Origin: a virus
Lineage: Duplodnaviria; Heunggongvirae; Uroviricota; Caudoviricetes
Length of the DNA stretch: 24,591 bases
IMG/VR virus record: IMGVR_UViG_3300026549_000042
Coordinates: 117,745-142,335 of that record
Strand: one strand, 5' to 3'
Positions within the stretch are counted from its first letter, which is position 1. Each line of letters opens with the position of its first letter. Both the position numbers and the translations under genes were made by a program. The notes beneath the pieces were generated by a model, which saw only the letters and a program-made list of their open reading frames with translations, did no database searches and had not been told where the DNA came from. Below, piece by piece: positions 23,129 through 24,591 of this stretch.

Positions 23129-24591
23129 CTATATTATTTTTATTCTATTTTGTAGTTCTGATGGATATTGATATTTTGTACTTCTATATAAAGTATTAAA
23201 ACATGCATCTAATATATATGTTACACACCAATCACCATTAAAACGAACTCCACGACCTATTCCTTGTATTATTTCATTAGATGTATGAGAATTGTACCAT
23301 AAAGGATATAATTTGTTTCGTTCATTTACTAATTTGTCCATTAATGTTGGATATGGAACTTTTAATATAATGATGAATCTACAATCATCACCAGGCAAAT
23401 CAATACCAGTATTTAATGTAGGACCGACTAATATAGTATCTTGTGAAAGCTTATGAATTTGTACAATTGTCATTTTTTCTCTTGACCCATTATATACTAA
23501 CATTCTTTCTTTTATTTCAAGTGGGGCATCATTATATAGTCTTTTAGCAAATTCATAAGATCCTGTTTGTATCATTCCCTTTTGCCCTTTAAACTTGGTA
23601 TTACAAATAGAATATATTACTGTCTTAAGATGACGGAATGAAATTTCTCTTTCCCTAAAACTCATCTTAAATTTGTTAAAGAAAAATACTGGTGACTGAC
23701 TAAAATCAAATGTACTTGGTATTGTTTCCATAAAAGATTGGTTTACAATTGCATTAGGATGGTCCCAGTCTGTTTTTGATTCATATTGAAATCCCATACG
23801 TTCATCAAATGCTTCTTTAGTGCCTACAGTAGCACTTAACATAACTTTATGTTGTGCTCTTTGCAATAAAAACATCCATACAAGATAATCTTCTTTTGTA
23901 CATTTAAATGTAACACAAATATCTTCATTTCCAATTTTTTTGGTTGTTTCAGGAATATTTATGTCTTTTAAGAAATAATCTTCTCCAGTAGCACCTATTG
24001 CTGAACAAAAATCATTCCAATGACACATATAATTTTCATGCCAAGAACATAACTTAAACAATTTAATGTCATCCTTAGTTAATGGTTCTTTATTTTCTTT
24101 CTTGGCATATATATTGTTTTTAATTTCATTTACTATAGTAGTATATCTTATTAATATATCTAAATATAGTTGAGCAGAAGCAATATCTTCATCTTTACGA
24201 GACTCTACACATGTCCATCTATCCCATAATTCATGAAGTACCTTTTCTAATTCTTCCCATGTCTTATATTTACTATATATACATGTTCCATCACATAATC
24301 CTTCTTGATTATCAGATACAGCAAATAATGAAGGCTGGTATGATGTTGTTCGATAATATAATGACTTTAACTTATCAAAATCTTCATATAATATTGTTGG
24401 TGAATATTGTAATTGTACTATTTCAGGAATATTATGGCATTCATCACAAAACAATACATCATGTACAGAAAATATAGGACATCCTTTTTGGTCTCTATTA
24501 TACATTGGATTGTTCATAATAAATAAGAACAATTGATAAGTCATAATGCATACTTTTGCTTTTATAGCTTTTTTACGAGCTTTAACGTATT
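23129..24591 (-). CDS. DinG/XPD-like SF2 helicase, C-terminal part (5' end outside the window)
   Basis: Frame stays open from 24544 to the edge (YVKARKKAIKAKVCIMTYQ); DECHN (motif II), MLSAT (III), GIDLPGDDCR..II.KVPYP, QGIGRGVR (VI). Confidence 0.88.
   Translation of the reverse strand, partial: YVKARKKAIKAKVCIMTYQLFLFIMNNPMYNRDQKGCPIFSVHDVLFCDECHNIPEIVQLQYSPTILYEDFDKLKSLYYRTTSYQPSLFAVSDNQEGLCDGTCIYSKYKTWEELEKVLHELWDRWTCVESRKDEDIASAQLYLDILIRYTTIVNEIKNNIYAKKENKEPLTKDDIKLFKLCSWHENYMCHWNDFCSAIGATGEDYFLKDINIPETTKKIGNEDICVTFKCTKEDYLVWMFLLQRAQHKVMLSATVGTKEAFDERMGFQYESKTDWDHPNAIVNQSFMETIPSTFDFSQSPVFFFNKFKMSFREREISFRHLKTVIYSICNTKFKGQKGMIQTGSYEFAKRLYNDAPLEIKERMLVYNGSREKMTIVQIHKLSQDTILVGPTLNTGIDLPGDDCRFIIILKVPYPTLMDKLVNERNKLYPLWYNSHTSNEIIQGIGRGVRFNGDWCVTYILDACFNTLYRSTKYQYPSELQNRIKII

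Noticed and set aside
583-24477. Alternative-frame ORFs in the track (e.g. 583-885, 2720-2932, 3313-3510, 4489-4713, 6200-6385, 7432-7731, 7697-7948, 7824-8021, 8060-8284, 9853-10134, 10487-11202, 12295-12495, 14683-14943, 15181-15450, 18004-18342, 24211-24477)
   Set aside because: Each overlaps a longer gene with recognisable motifs, mostly antisense, and shows the hydrophobic low-information composition typical of shadow frames
1-24591. tRNA/ncRNA genes, introns, inteins or mobile elements
   Set aside because: Intergenic gaps are short and almost purely A/T; no cloverleaf, splice, intein, homing endonuclease, integrase or transposase motifs recognised by eye; a covariance-model search was not possible

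Overview
Very AT-rich (roughly three-quarters A+T by eye), densely coding fragment of a large tailed dsDNA phage (jumbo/megaphage-like), read in the standard genetic code. The host is probably a gut Bacteroidota bacterium (inference from Shine-Dalgarno-less leaders and Bacteroidales-like domains). Layout: (i) two unknown, probably virion genes at the left end (-); (ii) a + strand run 1444-7915 with a DEDDh exonuclease, HD-domain (p)ppGpp-hydrolase-like protein, GatB/YqeY, HAD hydrolase, two small proteins with T4-like capsid-targeting N-termini and a three-domain ribosomal protein S1 homolog; (iii) three - strand fibre/adhesin genes 7957-13982 (S74 chaperone fibre, mosaic beta-helix fibre, triple Ig-like protein) with palindromic terminators; (iv) a tightly coupled ten-gene - strand operon 21377->14730: PD-(D/E)XK nuclease, CofE-like ligase, GT25 glycosyltransferase, ThyX, a Tpt1/ART-like protein overlapping an ADP-ribosylglycohydrolase, small ORFs and ClpP; (v) RuvC-like resolvase, a Gly/Ser/Thr 24-aa tandem-repeat protein and a truncated DinG-like helicase. 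No tRNA, rRNA, CRISPR array, integrase or transposase was seen. Best candidates for undescribed biology: the ART-like/ARH writer-eraser pair, the ThyX-GT25-CofE-like cluster, the capsid-targeted small proteins with a shared putative late-promoter motif, and the 72-bp repeat protein. All family calls are motif recognition by eye, not database searches.
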